Shown here one piece after another: positions 25,538 to 34,647 of a stretch of 64,000 nucleotides of DNA; position 1 is the first letter of the stretch; every line of letters begins with the position of its first letter. The position numbers were made by a program, and so were the translations under genes. Origin of the DNA: Kiritimatiellia bacterium (GTDB taxonomy: Bacteria; Verrucomicrobiota; Kiritimatiellia; CAIQIC01; Lenti-01); contig JAFYAC010000097.1 in assembly GCA_017540905.1 (NCBI GenBank), positions 8,383-72,382 of the forward strand, read 5' to 3'. The notes under the pieces are model-generated. The model searched no databases. It was not told the origin of the DNA and saw only the letters and a list, made by a program, of their open reading frames with translations.

Positions 25538-26356
25538 TCATCGGCGGGTCGCGGCAGGAGCGCCGAATCGCGCCTCGAAGGCCTCAAGGACCGCCCGCTG
25601 GAATGGATCGAGCCGCGAGAGGGCCTCGGCGCGGAAGCTCTCAGGAACGCCCCAGCGCGCCTCGGCGACGGAGCCCGCGATCGCGCCGATGGTGTCGCTG
25701 TCGCCCCCGATGGAGATGGCGTTGCGGATGGCATCCTCGAAATCCCTCGCCTCGAAGAAGGCCTCGAGCGCCTGCGGAACGGACCCTTGGCACGAGACGT
25801 CGAAAACGTAGGCAGGGCGGATGCTGTCGAGCGTGAAATCGAGCGGATAGTAGTCCCGGACGATGTGTTCGCGGACCTCCCCGACCGGCGTCCCGCTCCG
25901 GAGCAGGAAGATGGCGGCCGTGACGGCCCGGGCCCCCTTGATTCCCTCGCGGTGGTTGTGCGTCACGCCCGTCACGGCGTCGGAGAACGCGAGCGCCTCC
26001 TCCATCGTCCGCCCGGCCCAGCCGCACGCGCTCACGCGCATCGCGGCGCCGTTGCCCCAACTGTTGTAGGGGAGCGGGTTCTCCTCCGCGAGCCAGCGCC
26101 GGAACGTTCCGCCGTAGCCGGCGTGGGGATAGCGGCGCCCGAACTCCTGCATCCGGCGGATGGCGGCGGCGGAAAGCCCGGCGGGGTCGTCCGCCGAGTC
26201 CAGCAGCGCACGGGAGACGGCGAGCGTCATCACGCTGTCGTCCGTGGGCCCCGGCTCGCGTCCGCGGACCGGGGCGAAGAGCGGGACGTGCTTGGACTTG
26301 ACGTTGTGGAACTCGTAGAGGGAACCGGCGATGTCGCCGACGATGGCACCGATCAT
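25538..26356 (-). CDS. ADP-ribosylglycohydrolase family protein
   Basis: 272 aa. MIGAIVGDIAGS, TDDSVMT, GNGAAMR and GGDSDTIGAIAG are the family's metal-binding motifs. Confidence 0.88.
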   Translation of the reverse strand: MIGAIVGDIAGSLYEFHNVKSKHVPLFAPVRGREPGPTDDSVMTLAVSRALLDSADDPAGLSAAAIRRMQEFGRRYPHAGYGGTFRRWLAEENPLPYNSWGNGAAMRVSACGWAGRTMEEALAFSDAVTGVTHNHREGIKGARAVTAAIFLLRSGTPVGEVREHIVRDYYPLDFTLDSIRPAYVFDVSCQGSVPQALEAFFEARDFEDAIRNAISIGGDSDTIGAIAGSVAEARWGVPESFRAEALSRLDPFQRAVLEAFEARFGAPAATRR

Positions 26357-26768
26357 GGGCGTGTCCTTTCGTGCGCTTCGGGGTCGTTTCCGTTCATCAC
26401 GGCAAGAATATGGGCACGAACGCCCTGCCCTGCCAAGCGAAAAGAACCATGTCGGGACATGATTGACGCCATATCACTTGGAGCGGTTCCAGAATCAGCC
26501 TGGCTGCAAGCCGTTGTCTCGCCAGCCAATTCCGCCGCGGTGGCAAAGCACCAGAGGGGGGCGCGAAACAATGTGCCCGTCTTGGGAGGGCCGCGCTTTG
26601 TCGTGGCCGCGCGAACGGGCTGTTTCAGGCATCTCCCCGAAGCGCCCTCTGGACACGGCCCGGACGAAGCCGGGCCCTCCCCAGGATGCGGCTCGGTGCG
26701 CTCCCCACGGGGAGGGTCGCGCTTCCGCGCGACCGCGCTGGAAAACATGGTTCTTCGGGGATTTTAGT

Positions 26769-26832
26769 GGATTGTGACGATGGGGTTGGGGCGATGGGGG
26801 CCGTATTCAGGGCATGGGGTGCGCGCAAGCAT
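26769..26832. repeat. Dispersed repeat (GGATTGTGACGATGGGGTTGGG... family), copy interrupted by an insertion
   Basis: Matches 7639-7702. The rest of the repeat resumes at 27134-27158. Confidence 0.7.
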
Positions 26833-27130
26833 TCGCCCCCCTCCGAGAGGGGGGTGCCACCCGGAGGAAGATGGCTTATGGATTGCGTGTGTGGAGCGGA
26901 AGGAAAGGGCGGCGGGGGGAGTACTGCGGGTGGCCGTCGATGCAGGCTTTCGCATGGTCCATCCGCAGAGGGATTGTTTCTTTTGTTGGCAATGGAAAGT
27001 CGTGATTGTCATGACGGCCGACCGCAGTACTCCCCCCGTCGCGGCCCTTGCGGCTGGTCTTTTTCCATGCATCAGCCTTTCATTCATGGCTACGCACCCC
27101 CCCTCTCGGAGGGGGGCGGGTCCTGTCGCC
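26833..27130. mobile_element. MITE-like about 300-bp insertion nested in another repeat
   Basis: It is absent from the otherwise collinear copy at 7639-7736. It is bounded by CCCCCCTC(C/T)(C)GAGAGGGGGG-type hairpins at 26834-26856 and 27093-27117, and contains a near-perfect 23-bp inverted repeat at 26916-26938 / 27013-27035. There is no ORF. Confidence 0.5.
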
Positions 27131-27355
27131 CTTCTTGATTCTTGCATTCGTGGAATTCCGGAGGTGGTTCCACCATAATCCCAGAAGACCCAAGAACGTC
27201 TGGAAAGCCACAGAAAACCTCCCACGCCCCACTTCCTCTGAGTGCAGCGAACAGCGGCGTTCCCGATCATCTTGGACACAGTCCCCCTCACACCTTTCGC
27301 TCCCCCCCGCACTCTTGGGTTGCATTTTTCCCCCATCCGCCGTTTCATCCCCTCC

Positions 27356-28294
27356 ATGACAGAATCCGCTACCAACCCGCCCCCCTTCCGCTCCGGCACC
27401 GTCGTCATCGCCGGACGCGCCAACGCCGGCAAGTCCACCCTCCTCAACGCCATCCTGGGAGAGACGGTGTCCGTCGTCTCCCCCGTGGCCCAGACGACCC
27501 GGCGCGCCGTCCGGGGCATCCTGAACGAACCCGGACTGCAAATCCTCTTCCTGGACACCCCGGGCATCCGCCAGGCCACCCATTCGCTCGGCTCCCTGCT
27601 CAACCGCACCGCCCGCGGGCTCGTCACCGGCGCCGACGCCGCCCTCCTGGTGCTCGACGCCTCGCTCCCGCCGCGCGACGAAGACCTCGGCTGGATGAAC
27701 AAGCTCGCCCGCGAAGAGACGCCCGTGTTCGCGGTCCTCAACAAGACCGACCGCGGATGCCGCCGCGCCGACTACGAAGCCGCCTGGGCCGCCACCGCCG
27801 CCCGGCACCGCGAACGCGACTCCGCCTGGACCCCGCCCCCCTGGCGCTGGCACGAACTCTCCGCCCTGACCCGCGACGGTCTGCCCGCGCTGCTCGACGC
27901 CCTGCGCGCCGCCATGCCGCCCGGCGAACCCGCATTCCCGACCGACCAGATCGCCGACGACCCGATGCCGTTCTTCGTCGCCGACGTCATACGCGCGCAG
28001 ATCAACGCCCGCCTCAAGGACGAGTTGCCCCACGCCATCGCGGTGGCGACCGACCGCATCGAAGAGCAGCCCGACGGCTCCGTCCGCGCCGCCGCGACCA
28101 TCTACGTCGAGAAGCCGACCCAGCGCCCGATCGTCATCGGCAACAAGGGCAAGATGATCCGCGACATCCGCCACGCCGCCGAGCGCGAACTCCGCGACAT
28201 CTACGGCACCCCGCACCACCTCGACCTCTGGGTCAAGGTCGAGCCCAACTGGCCCCGCAACTACTGGATGCTCAAGAAATTCGGCTACGTCTGA
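27356..28294 (+). CDS. era: GTPase Era
   Basis: Starts at MTESATN. It has G1 GRANAGKST, G3 DTPG, G4 NKTD and a C-terminal KH domain (VEKPTQRPIVIGNKGKMIRDI). Confidence 0.9.
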   Translation: MTESATNPPPFRSGTVVIAGRANAGKSTLLNAILGETVSVVSPVAQTTRRAVRGILNEPGLQILFLDTPGIRQATHSLGSLLNRTARGLVTGADAALLVLDASLPPRDEDLGWMNKLAREETPVFAVLNKTDRGCRRADYEAAWAATAARHRERDSAWTPPPWRWHELSALTRDGLPALLDALRAAMPPGEPAFPTDQIADDPMPFFVADVIRAQINARLKDELPHAIAVATDRIEEQPDGSVRAAATIYVEKPTQRPIVIGNKGKMIRDIRHAAERELRDIYGTPHHLDLWVKVEPNWPRNYWMLKKFGYV

Positions 28295-28367
28295 CCCTCC
28301 GCCCGCCCCCCCCCCGCAAAATCGCATTGCACCCGCCGCCGTTTTGTGTTCCCATGTCCCCCGCGTC

Positions 28368-28444
28368 GCCCCGGTAGCTCAGTTGGACAGAGCGGCGGTT
28401 TCCTAAACCGCAGGTCGCAGGTTCGATCCCTGTCCGGGGTACCA
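28368..28444 (+). tRNA. tRNA-Arg (anticodon CCT), CCA encoded
   Basis: Hand-folded cloverleaf. Acceptor GCCCCGG pairs with CCGGGGT, D arm GCTC..GAGC, anticodon stem GCGGT/ACCGC with loop TTCCTAA, T arm GCAGG-TTCGATC-CCTGT, then ACCA. Confidence 0.9.
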
Positions 28445-28557
28445 CTTATTTATACGCCTTGTTTGTTGTATTTTCGGCGCAATTTTCTGAGTGGCTTCCT
28501 TGGCTTGGTGACGTTCGCGGTGACGTTTTGCGCTTGCCCCCCCCGTGCAACCTCCCG

Positions 28558-30570
28558 TCACCACACCTCCCCCTTCTCCCAGCCGAACCTCCCGCCGTAC
28601 AGCATCCCCCGGTTCGCCCAGCGGCTGAAGCCCGACCGCGACGTCGCCGCCGTCTCCATCCGACGGGACACGATCGCATCCTCCAGCCCTGCGCGGTCCA
28701 GCACGCCCGCCATGTGGGCGTACATCCTCTCCAGGCGCTCCCGGTTCTTTTCGCTTCCGTCGAAGAAGGGCACCTCCCACGGCATCTCCCCGCACGCCGC
28801 ACGGTAGGCCGCCTTGGCGTTCCGCACGTGCACGCGTTTGACGCGCGGGGCGCAGGCCCCGACCTGCCACCACTGCTTGCCGTCGGCGCTCCAGTAGCCC
28901 CGGCAGCCTTCCGGGCACACGTCCAGCACCCGCGTCACTCCGTACCGACGCCAGTAATTCCACTCCCCCGGCTCGTTGAAGACCATCCAGCACCGGGACG
29001 TCGGCACGCCCTCCCCGGCCGCCACCCGGAACCACGCATGATGCCCCTCGCGCAGCACCTTCTCGAACCGCTCCGGCACCCGCTGCTCCTCCGTCTGGTC
29101 CGCCCACGACCGGGGCCCCATCCATTGCAACAACGATACCGCGTAGACCTTCGGTGCCATTGGCGCCGTCACCCCCGAGGACTCCTCCCGGCCTCCCGCT
29201 TTCCCGCGCGCCCGAATCGGCAGATACCGATCGTGCCACCCGAACACGCTCGGCCTGGGCGGCTCCACATCCCACGCCTCGACCAGCTCCCATTCTCCCT
29301 CGGCCGCCCCCTCCGGCCGCTCCCCAAACACCTCCTCCAGCCATTTTCCATCCCCATTCACCTCCGTCCCGACCTGGACCTCCCGGCACACGGCTCCCGG
29401 AACGGACGCGACCAACTCCCGCACCTCCTCCACCGCCAACCCGGACACCGCCCAAGCCCGCTCGACAATTTCCCCCGCCTCGCCTGCTCCCGCCCCTTTT
29501 CTCTCCCACCGCAGCACGAACATCATACCCGCGCAACCCCGTTCCTTCTTCGCCTTGAGCCAAGCCGACCGGAACACCCCATCCGCCGCCTTCCACTCCT
29601 CCACCCGCACCCGCGCCACCACGACGCGCCCCGCGTTGCGGAACCACTCCTCGCACCGCAGCGATTCCCGTACCACCGACTCCGAACCGTCCGCCATCTC
29701 CATATCCTTCTCCTCTCTCTCCCCTACCTTCGGGTTGTCACACTCCTCCTCTCCCCGGCACCTCTCCAACCACCACAGTGCCCCGTCCCCGCCCGGATAC
29801 ACCACCGCCTTCTCCTCCTTCGCCGCCGCGCAAACCGCCTTCGCGAAATCCGCCCACTTCTCCGGCGCTACCCCTTCCGCCAGCAACACCGGCGACATCG
29901 CCCCGACTCCGCGGTACGCCGTCGGCAAATCCTCTATTCTCACCACCTGGCAATCTTTCGGCTTCGCCCCAAACAACGGAGCCACCCCAACAGCCACATC
30001 CAGCAACACCCGGCGACGCAGCTTCTCATTCACGCCCCTTCGCTCCGGGAAAAGCACCGCTCCCGACGGCGCGATTCCGCCCAACACATCCAGCGCCCAT
30101 TCCGCCCACCACCGCACCCCGTTGTAGGCCCCCGGCTCCCGGGTCAAATCCCGAACCGTCCACTCCTGCTTTGGTGCTGGCGCGGGTTTCTCCTGGGTTG
30201 CCGGCATCGACACCACCCAAATATCCTTTCCGTCAGCCTCCCGAACAAGCACCTCCGGCTGCCCCCATGCCTCCGCCATCTCGGCCGCGCATTTCAGGAG
30301 TTCCCGTCCCGACACACCTTCCAGCGCCCGTGTCGGTGACCCGCTGTCATACCGGATTCCATCCTCCGACACATAACTCCCCGAGAATGCTTTCCCGCCC
30401 CCCTCGACCTGCGCCCCGGAGGGAAATACCACCACACCGACGCCATCCGCCGCCACAAAGTGCTTGGCGTTCTCCGCACACTCCGCCAACCAACCGCCCC
30501 GCTGGAAAAACACCCCGTTCGGCATCTTCTCCCCATCGGGATGGAACCACCGCACCTTCGTCGCCTTCAT
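28558..30570 (-). CDS. Hypothetical Trp-rich protein, 670 aa
   Basis: Start at MKATKVRWFHPDG with AAGGAG 7 nt upstream. Amino-acid usage is diverse and unlike the Arg/Pro/Gly shadow ORFs. I recognise no domain. Confidence 0.6.
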   Translation of the reverse strand: MKATKVRWFHPDGEKMPNGVFFQRGGWLAECAENAKHFVAADGVGVVVFPSGAQVEGGGKAFSGSYVSEDGIRYDSGSPTRALEGVSGRELLKCAAEMAEAWGQPEVLVREADGKDIWVVSMPATQEKPAPAPKQEWTVRDLTREPGAYNGVRWWAEWALDVLGGIAPSGAVLFPERRGVNEKLRRRVLLDVAVGVAPLFGAKPKDCQVVRIEDLPTAYRGVGAMSPVLLAEGVAPEKWADFAKAVCAAAKEEKAVVYPGGDGALWWLERCRGEEECDNPKVGEREEKDMEMADGSESVVRESLRCEEWFRNAGRVVVARVRVEEWKAADGVFRSAWLKAKKERGCAGMMFVLRWERKGAGAGEAGEIVERAWAVSGLAVEEVRELVASVPGAVCREVQVGTEVNGDGKWLEEVFGERPEGAAEGEWELVEAWDVEPPRPSVFGWHDRYLPIRARGKAGGREESSGVTAPMAPKVYAVSLLQWMGPRSWADQTEEQRVPERFEKVLREGHHAWFRVAAGEGVPTSRCWMVFNEPGEWNYWRRYGVTRVLDVCPEGCRGYWSADGKQWWQVGACAPRVKRVHVRNAKAAYRAACGEMPWEVPFFDGSEKNRERLERMYAHMAGVLDRAGLEDAIVSRRMETAATSRSGFSRWANRGMLYGGRFGWEKGEVW

Positions 30571-30750
30571 ACCGCACTCCTTGCGTCCGATCGAGAGCCC
30601 CAATCCCCGAGAACCCCGGCATGGCGCCGCAGGCTGGAACCTTGTCTTCCCGCCGTGGGAAGCGCATCTCCGCAAGTCGCGGATACCACCGTGGATGTTC
30701 CGTCTCGGTTGGCGGGCCGCTTGCGCGTCCTCTCTTGATGTGACGCGCGA

Positions 30751-30779
30751 AATTTAGTCCATATCATCAGGATTGTCAA
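30751..30779 (-). promoter_or_regulatory. Sigma-70-like promoter candidate
   Basis: The minus strand reads TTGACA (30779-30774), a 17-nt spacer, then TAAATT (30756-30751). This is about 180 nt upstream of the 30570 start, in a locally AT-rich patch. Confidence 0.4.
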
Positions 30780-30852
30780 GAAAAATCATTGTTCTACGGT
30801 ATTTTTTGTTTTCCGCGTCCACCGCCGCCGGCACCTCCAGTCGGAAGTCCCC

Positions 30853-31053
30853 CTATTCCTCCTCATCCCCATCCCCCCACAAAACCGCCAGCAAGTCTGA
30901 GGAGACCCACGAAACCACATCCCCGTCCTTGTCCAGCACCGTCAAATCCCCGTCGTACACCACCTGTCTCCCATCCGGCAGCACCGTTGTCCCCCGCTTC
31001 GGCCGCTCGGCCTCCGGCAGTCTCCGTTTCCGTTCTTCACTTGTTTCGTCCAT
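30853..31053 (-). CDS. Small acidic hypothetical protein, 66 aa
   Basis: ATG 31051-31053 is preceded by AGGAG at 4 nt. The sequence is MDETSEERKRRLPEAERPK... and ends in DGDEEE. Confidence 0.45.
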   Translation of the reverse strand: MDETSEERKRRLPEAERPKRGTTVLPDGRQVVYDGDLTVLDKDGDVVSWVSSDLLAVLWGDGDEEE

Positions 31054-31127
31054 GCTACTCCTCACACCCCCATTACTCGCCGCCGCCGCCCCCCATCTGA
31101 CACCCCCTCAAACGATTCTCATCCCTT

Positions 31128-33749
31128 TCATTGATTCTTCCTCGTCCCCTTCCGCCCGCCCGTCTTTCTCCAAAGCGCGAGCTCGGGATGTTTCTTCAAC
31201 AACTGCGCCCACTGCCTCTTCCCCACCCGGCTCCAGTCGCAGAACTCGCCGAAATCGGGATTGACGTCCAGATAGTCCAGCCACTCCACCGCGTCCGTCC
31301 TCTTGCGCATGCGGGCCACGATCTGCCGCTTCTGGCGCGGGGTCATCACGCTCCAGTCGCATTTCTTGTACAGCTTCGGCCACGCCGTCAGCAGCGTCCG
31401 CCAATCCTTGACGGTCAACCGCGTCCAATCACAGAAAGCAAGGACGATGTCGGCGGATTTCTCCATCAGAAGGGACCATCCTTTCCCGTCGAACCGACTC
31501 CAATCGCAGAACTTGAGCATGCTTGCCTGCCGGTCCAGGCTGTCGGCATTCCCGAAGATGACGGCCCAGTCCCGGGCCTCCAATGCATCCCATTGGACAT
31601 ACCGGGCCAACTCGGGCTTGTACGGAATCAAACAATCCACGTCCTCCCCTCCCAGCTTGCTCCAATCGCACCGATCCGCGAACCGGGGCTGGTAGTGCAA
31701 CAGCACGCTCCACTCATTCCCTCCGAGTTTTTCCCAGGGGCATTTGGCGATGAATTGCGGGTTGGCACCCGCCCTGTCCGTCTTCAGCAAATCAACCCAA
31801 TCTTGGGGAGACAGCCGGTTCCAATCGCAGCGGTCGGCGTACTCGGGACAATCCGCAAGCAGTTTTGCCCAGGTCTTCCCGTCCAGCGTCTCCCACGGAC
31901 AGTCTTTCGCCAACTCCCTGTCGAAGGCGAGCAACTCGTCCCAGCCGCCCCGCACCCGCTTCCAATCGACGCGCCGGAAATACCGGTTGAAGTTGGGGTA
32001 CTCACGGGCCAACCGGCGCAACTCCCTCCCGCCCAGCGTGCTCCAGTCGCACTTGGCGGCGAACTCCGGTGCCTGCGACAAGAGCGGAGCCCAATGCCCG
32101 GCCAGCTTCCGCCAATCGCAGTGCACGGAATACCCGGGATGGTCCGCCAGCAAGCGGCACCAGTCTTCTCCCGACAAACGCTGCCAGCGGCAATGCTCCG
32201 CGAACAGTCCTTCCCGGGTTTTCAGGAGTTCCATCCAGTCTTTTCCGCACAAGCGGCTCCAGTTGCAATGCGCGCCGAACTCGGGCCGTTCCTTCAGGAG
32301 CGCCACCCAGTTCTCCCCGTCCAGGGCCGCCCAGTTGCATTGTCCGGCCAATTCCGGATGGTCACGCAATTCACGGCTCCACCGCCGGCCGCTCCAGGAC
32401 GAACAATCCTCCGGCTCCCGGGCCCACTCCCGTCCCGGGGAGCGGCGCAGCCTCCGTTTCGGATACCCAGGTTGCTTTTCGAAGAACTCGGTAGTCGACA
32501 AGTCGCACCAGTCCCCGTCATCCAGCAACCGCCAATCGCAATAGGGGGCGTATTCGGGACATATCTTCAACAGAAGCGGCCATACCGCACCCGGCAGCCG
32601 TTCCCATTCGCAGTGCTTGCGGATGATTTCGCGCCCGCCCTTCAGGTGTATCAGTACATCCTCGATGCAAAAGGCCCAATCGCACCCCAGGAACTTGCTC
32701 CAATCGCACCGCCCGGCCAGCTCGGGGGCGTTCAGGAGGAGCTTGTACCACAACCTTCCCGTCAGTTTTTCCAGATCGCACCTGCCGGCGAATTCCGGCC
32801 TGGCGCCGAGCACCCCGCAAATGTCCTCCCCTTCCAGCTTCGCCCAATCGCACCGGTCCGCGAACTCGGGCCGCCAGCTCAAGAGCATTCCCCAGTCCCG
32901 GCCGGACAGTTTGGACCAGTCGCAGCGCGCGATGACATCCTCGTCCTTCCACGGGAACCGTTTGCAAAACAGGATTCTGTCGTCCGGGCGATGGAAACCG
33001 CAGCAGACCTCCGGAGCGAGAATGGCGACCCAGTCCCGGCCCGAGAGCCTGTCCCAGTCGCAATGCCGGGCATACTCCTCGTACTCCCTCCGCTTCAACC
33101 CCTCCCAACCGAGCAGCGCCCCCCAATCCCCGCCCGACAACTTCTCCCACCGGCAGCGCCCCGCGAACTCCGGGTGCCGCCGCAGCACCCGCACCCAATC
33201 CTTCCCGCGCAGAACCGTCCAGTCGCACCGCGCGGCGCCCCCGGCCACCTCCAACGGCATCCCGTCCCAATCCTGCCCTTCCACCTTCCCCCAGTCGCAG
33301 TGGTCCGCGAACCTGGGCTGCGCCCGCAGGAGCCCCGCCCACTCCTTCCCCGAGAACCTCCTCCACGTCCCTTCCGGCACATACGCCGCCAAAGCCGGAC
33401 GCACCTTCAGCAACTCCGCGACGCACTCCGCCGCCAGCCATTTCCAGTCGCACTTTCCGGCGAACTCCGGACGCTTCTTCAGCAGCGCCACCCAATCCTC
33501 CCCCGATAGCGGCATCCAGTCGCAGCGACCGGCGAACTCCGGCCGAACGGCCAGCAGGGCCGCCCAGTCCGCGCCGCGCAGCCTCCACCACTCGCACCAC
33601 TCCGCGTATTGCGGTGCCTCCGACAGCAAGCGGCACCAATCCCTCCCCCCGAGCAGATTCCAATCGCACTTCCCGGCGGCCTTCGGATTCCCCAGAACCC
33701 GCTCCACCCACTTCCCCCCGCTCACCCACTTCGACTGCACCTTGACCAT
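31128..33749 (-). CDS. Tandem-repeat protein built of about 29 units of an about 24-aa motif (PEFA-x-(R/K/H)CDW-x2-L-x-G-x-DW-x2-LL)
   Basis: 873 aa from MVKVQSKW (GAGGAAG upstream). The long ORF extends to 33932, so an earlier start is possible. I counted about 29 C(D/N/E/R/P)W-x2-L units. The DNA shows the matching TGCGACTGG periodicity. Confidence 0.7.
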   Translation of the reverse strand: MVKVQSKWVSGGKWVERVLGNPKAAGKCDWNLLGGRDWCRLLSEAPQYAEWCEWWRLRGADWAALLAVRPEFAGRCDWMPLSGEDWVALLKKRPEFAGKCDWKWLAAECVAELLKVRPALAAYVPEGTWRRFSGKEWAGLLRAQPRFADHCDWGKVEGQDWDGMPLEVAGGAARCDWTVLRGKDWVRVLRRHPEFAGRCRWEKLSGGDWGALLGWEGLKRREYEEYARHCDWDRLSGRDWVAILAPEVCCGFHRPDDRILFCKRFPWKDEDVIARCDWSKLSGRDWGMLLSWRPEFADRCDWAKLEGEDICGVLGARPEFAGRCDLEKLTGRLWYKLLLNAPELAGRCDWSKFLGCDWAFCIEDVLIHLKGGREIIRKHCEWERLPGAVWPLLLKICPEYAPYCDWRLLDDGDWCDLSTTEFFEKQPGYPKRRLRRSPGREWAREPEDCSSWSGRRWSRELRDHPELAGQCNWAALDGENWVALLKERPEFGAHCNWSRLCGKDWMELLKTREGLFAEHCRWQRLSGEDWCRLLADHPGYSVHCDWRKLAGHWAPLLSQAPEFAAKCDWSTLGGRELRRLAREYPNFNRYFRRVDWKRVRGGWDELLAFDRELAKDCPWETLDGKTWAKLLADCPEYADRCDWNRLSPQDWVDLLKTDRAGANPQFIAKCPWEKLGGNEWSVLLHYQPRFADRCDWSKLGGEDVDCLIPYKPELARYVQWDALEARDWAVIFGNADSLDRQASMLKFCDWSRFDGKGWSLLMEKSADIVLAFCDWTRLTVKDWRTLLTAWPKLYKKCDWSVMTPRQKRQIVARMRKRTDAVEWLDYLDVNPDFGEFCDWSRVGKRQWAQLLKKHPELALWRKTGGRKGTRKNQ

Positions 33750-34005
33750 CTTCTTCCTCTTCGGCTTCCCGGCCCATCCACCGGCATCATGGATAATCGC
33801 GCAAAAAGGACAAACCCCCGTCACCGGAACCACGCGGCACCACAGCGAGATGGTTCCTCGGGGGGCGTATCCGTTCCACGCACCAGTACCGCCAGTCGTA
33901 TCACTGGGCCCATGGAACGGACCTCCCTGCAATTCACGACTTCATCCACTTCCTTTCATTCACTCTGTCGGACCGCGGGCATCCAGCCCGCTTTCCCTTC
34001 CACAA

Positions 34006-34190
34006 CCCGCCCGCAGGTCGCACCGCACTTCTTCCTTCGTACTTCGTCCTTCTTGCTTCGCCCGAAGGGCGCACCGCCAACTCGACTATCGTCACTCGTC
34101 TCTCGTATCTGCGCGCCCGAAGGCGCGCCACCGCATCTTTTCACTTTTCACTGTTCACTCGTCACTGCGCCCGCATCGCGGGCGCTCATC
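34006..34190. repeat. REP-like hairpin array (GC hairpins separated by ACTCGTCACTCG-type spacers)
   Basis: Contains GCGCGCC-CGAA-GGCGCGC, GCGCCCGC-ATC-GCGGGCGC and CGCCCGAAGGGCG hairpins interleaved with TCGTCACTCGTCTCTCG-like spacers. The same family occurs at 12575-12612, 38262-38328, 51231-51287, 52917-52973, 54198-54292, 54956-55012 and 55554-55736. Confidence 0.7.
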
Positions 34191-34398
34191 TCGGCCTCCA
34201 CTGCACCTGCGAGAAGCTCGGGCTTCCCGGCCGCTTCCGGTAAACGATGACCTGCTTGTCCGTGTAGATCACGAACTGGTCCTCCCCCATGACCTGTCCC
34301 GACTCGATGGGTCCCGGCACCGAGTTCGACGTTATCACCCGCCCCGTCCTGTCGTCGTGTACGTGGACCTGGTTCTTTGTCGGAAAAGTGAGATACAT
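34186..34398 (-). CDS. Small hypothetical protein, 70 aa
   Basis: MYLTFPTKNQVHVHDDRTGRV..., with AGGAGG 7 nt upstream of the ATG. The 3' end runs into the REP array. Confidence 0.5.
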   Translation of the reverse strand: MYLTFPTKNQVHVHDDRTGRVITSNSVPGPIESGQVMGEDQFVIYTDKQVIVYRKRPGSPSFSQVQWRPR

Positions 34399-34647
34399 CC
34401 TGCAACCTCCTGTCGGTTCCGGACCGGAGCATTCCCGTGCCGCCGACACACGCCGATGCATCGCAGGGATGGTTCACATCCGGTCCCTTCCCCCTCTACT
34501 CGTCCCTGCCGCCCCCAATCTGACAACCGCAAGCGAAAAACCGCCCACGAAATGCAAACCCGCGCAAATCAAAAACTCGACTTTTCGATTTGCGCGATTT
34601 CCACACCCGTGCTACTTTTCCTCTGGCCCAGAAAAGGAACCACCCAC

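Noticed and set aside
26357-27355. 1-kb gene-free gap upstream of era as a possible structured RNA gene (tmRNA, RNase P, 6S, riboswitch)
   Set aside because: I could not recognise any conserved core, such as a tmRNA tag reading frame plus tRNA-like end or RNase P P4 sequences. The space is largely accounted for by dispersed repeats and the nested insertion. It needs an Rfam/Infernal scan to be sure.
32617-34647. Upstream two-thirds of the 1064-aa plus-strand ORF
   Set aside because: It is antisense to the CDW-repeat gene and low-complexity Ser/Pro/Arg. Only 34648..35811 (the ATPase) has motifs and a plausible start.
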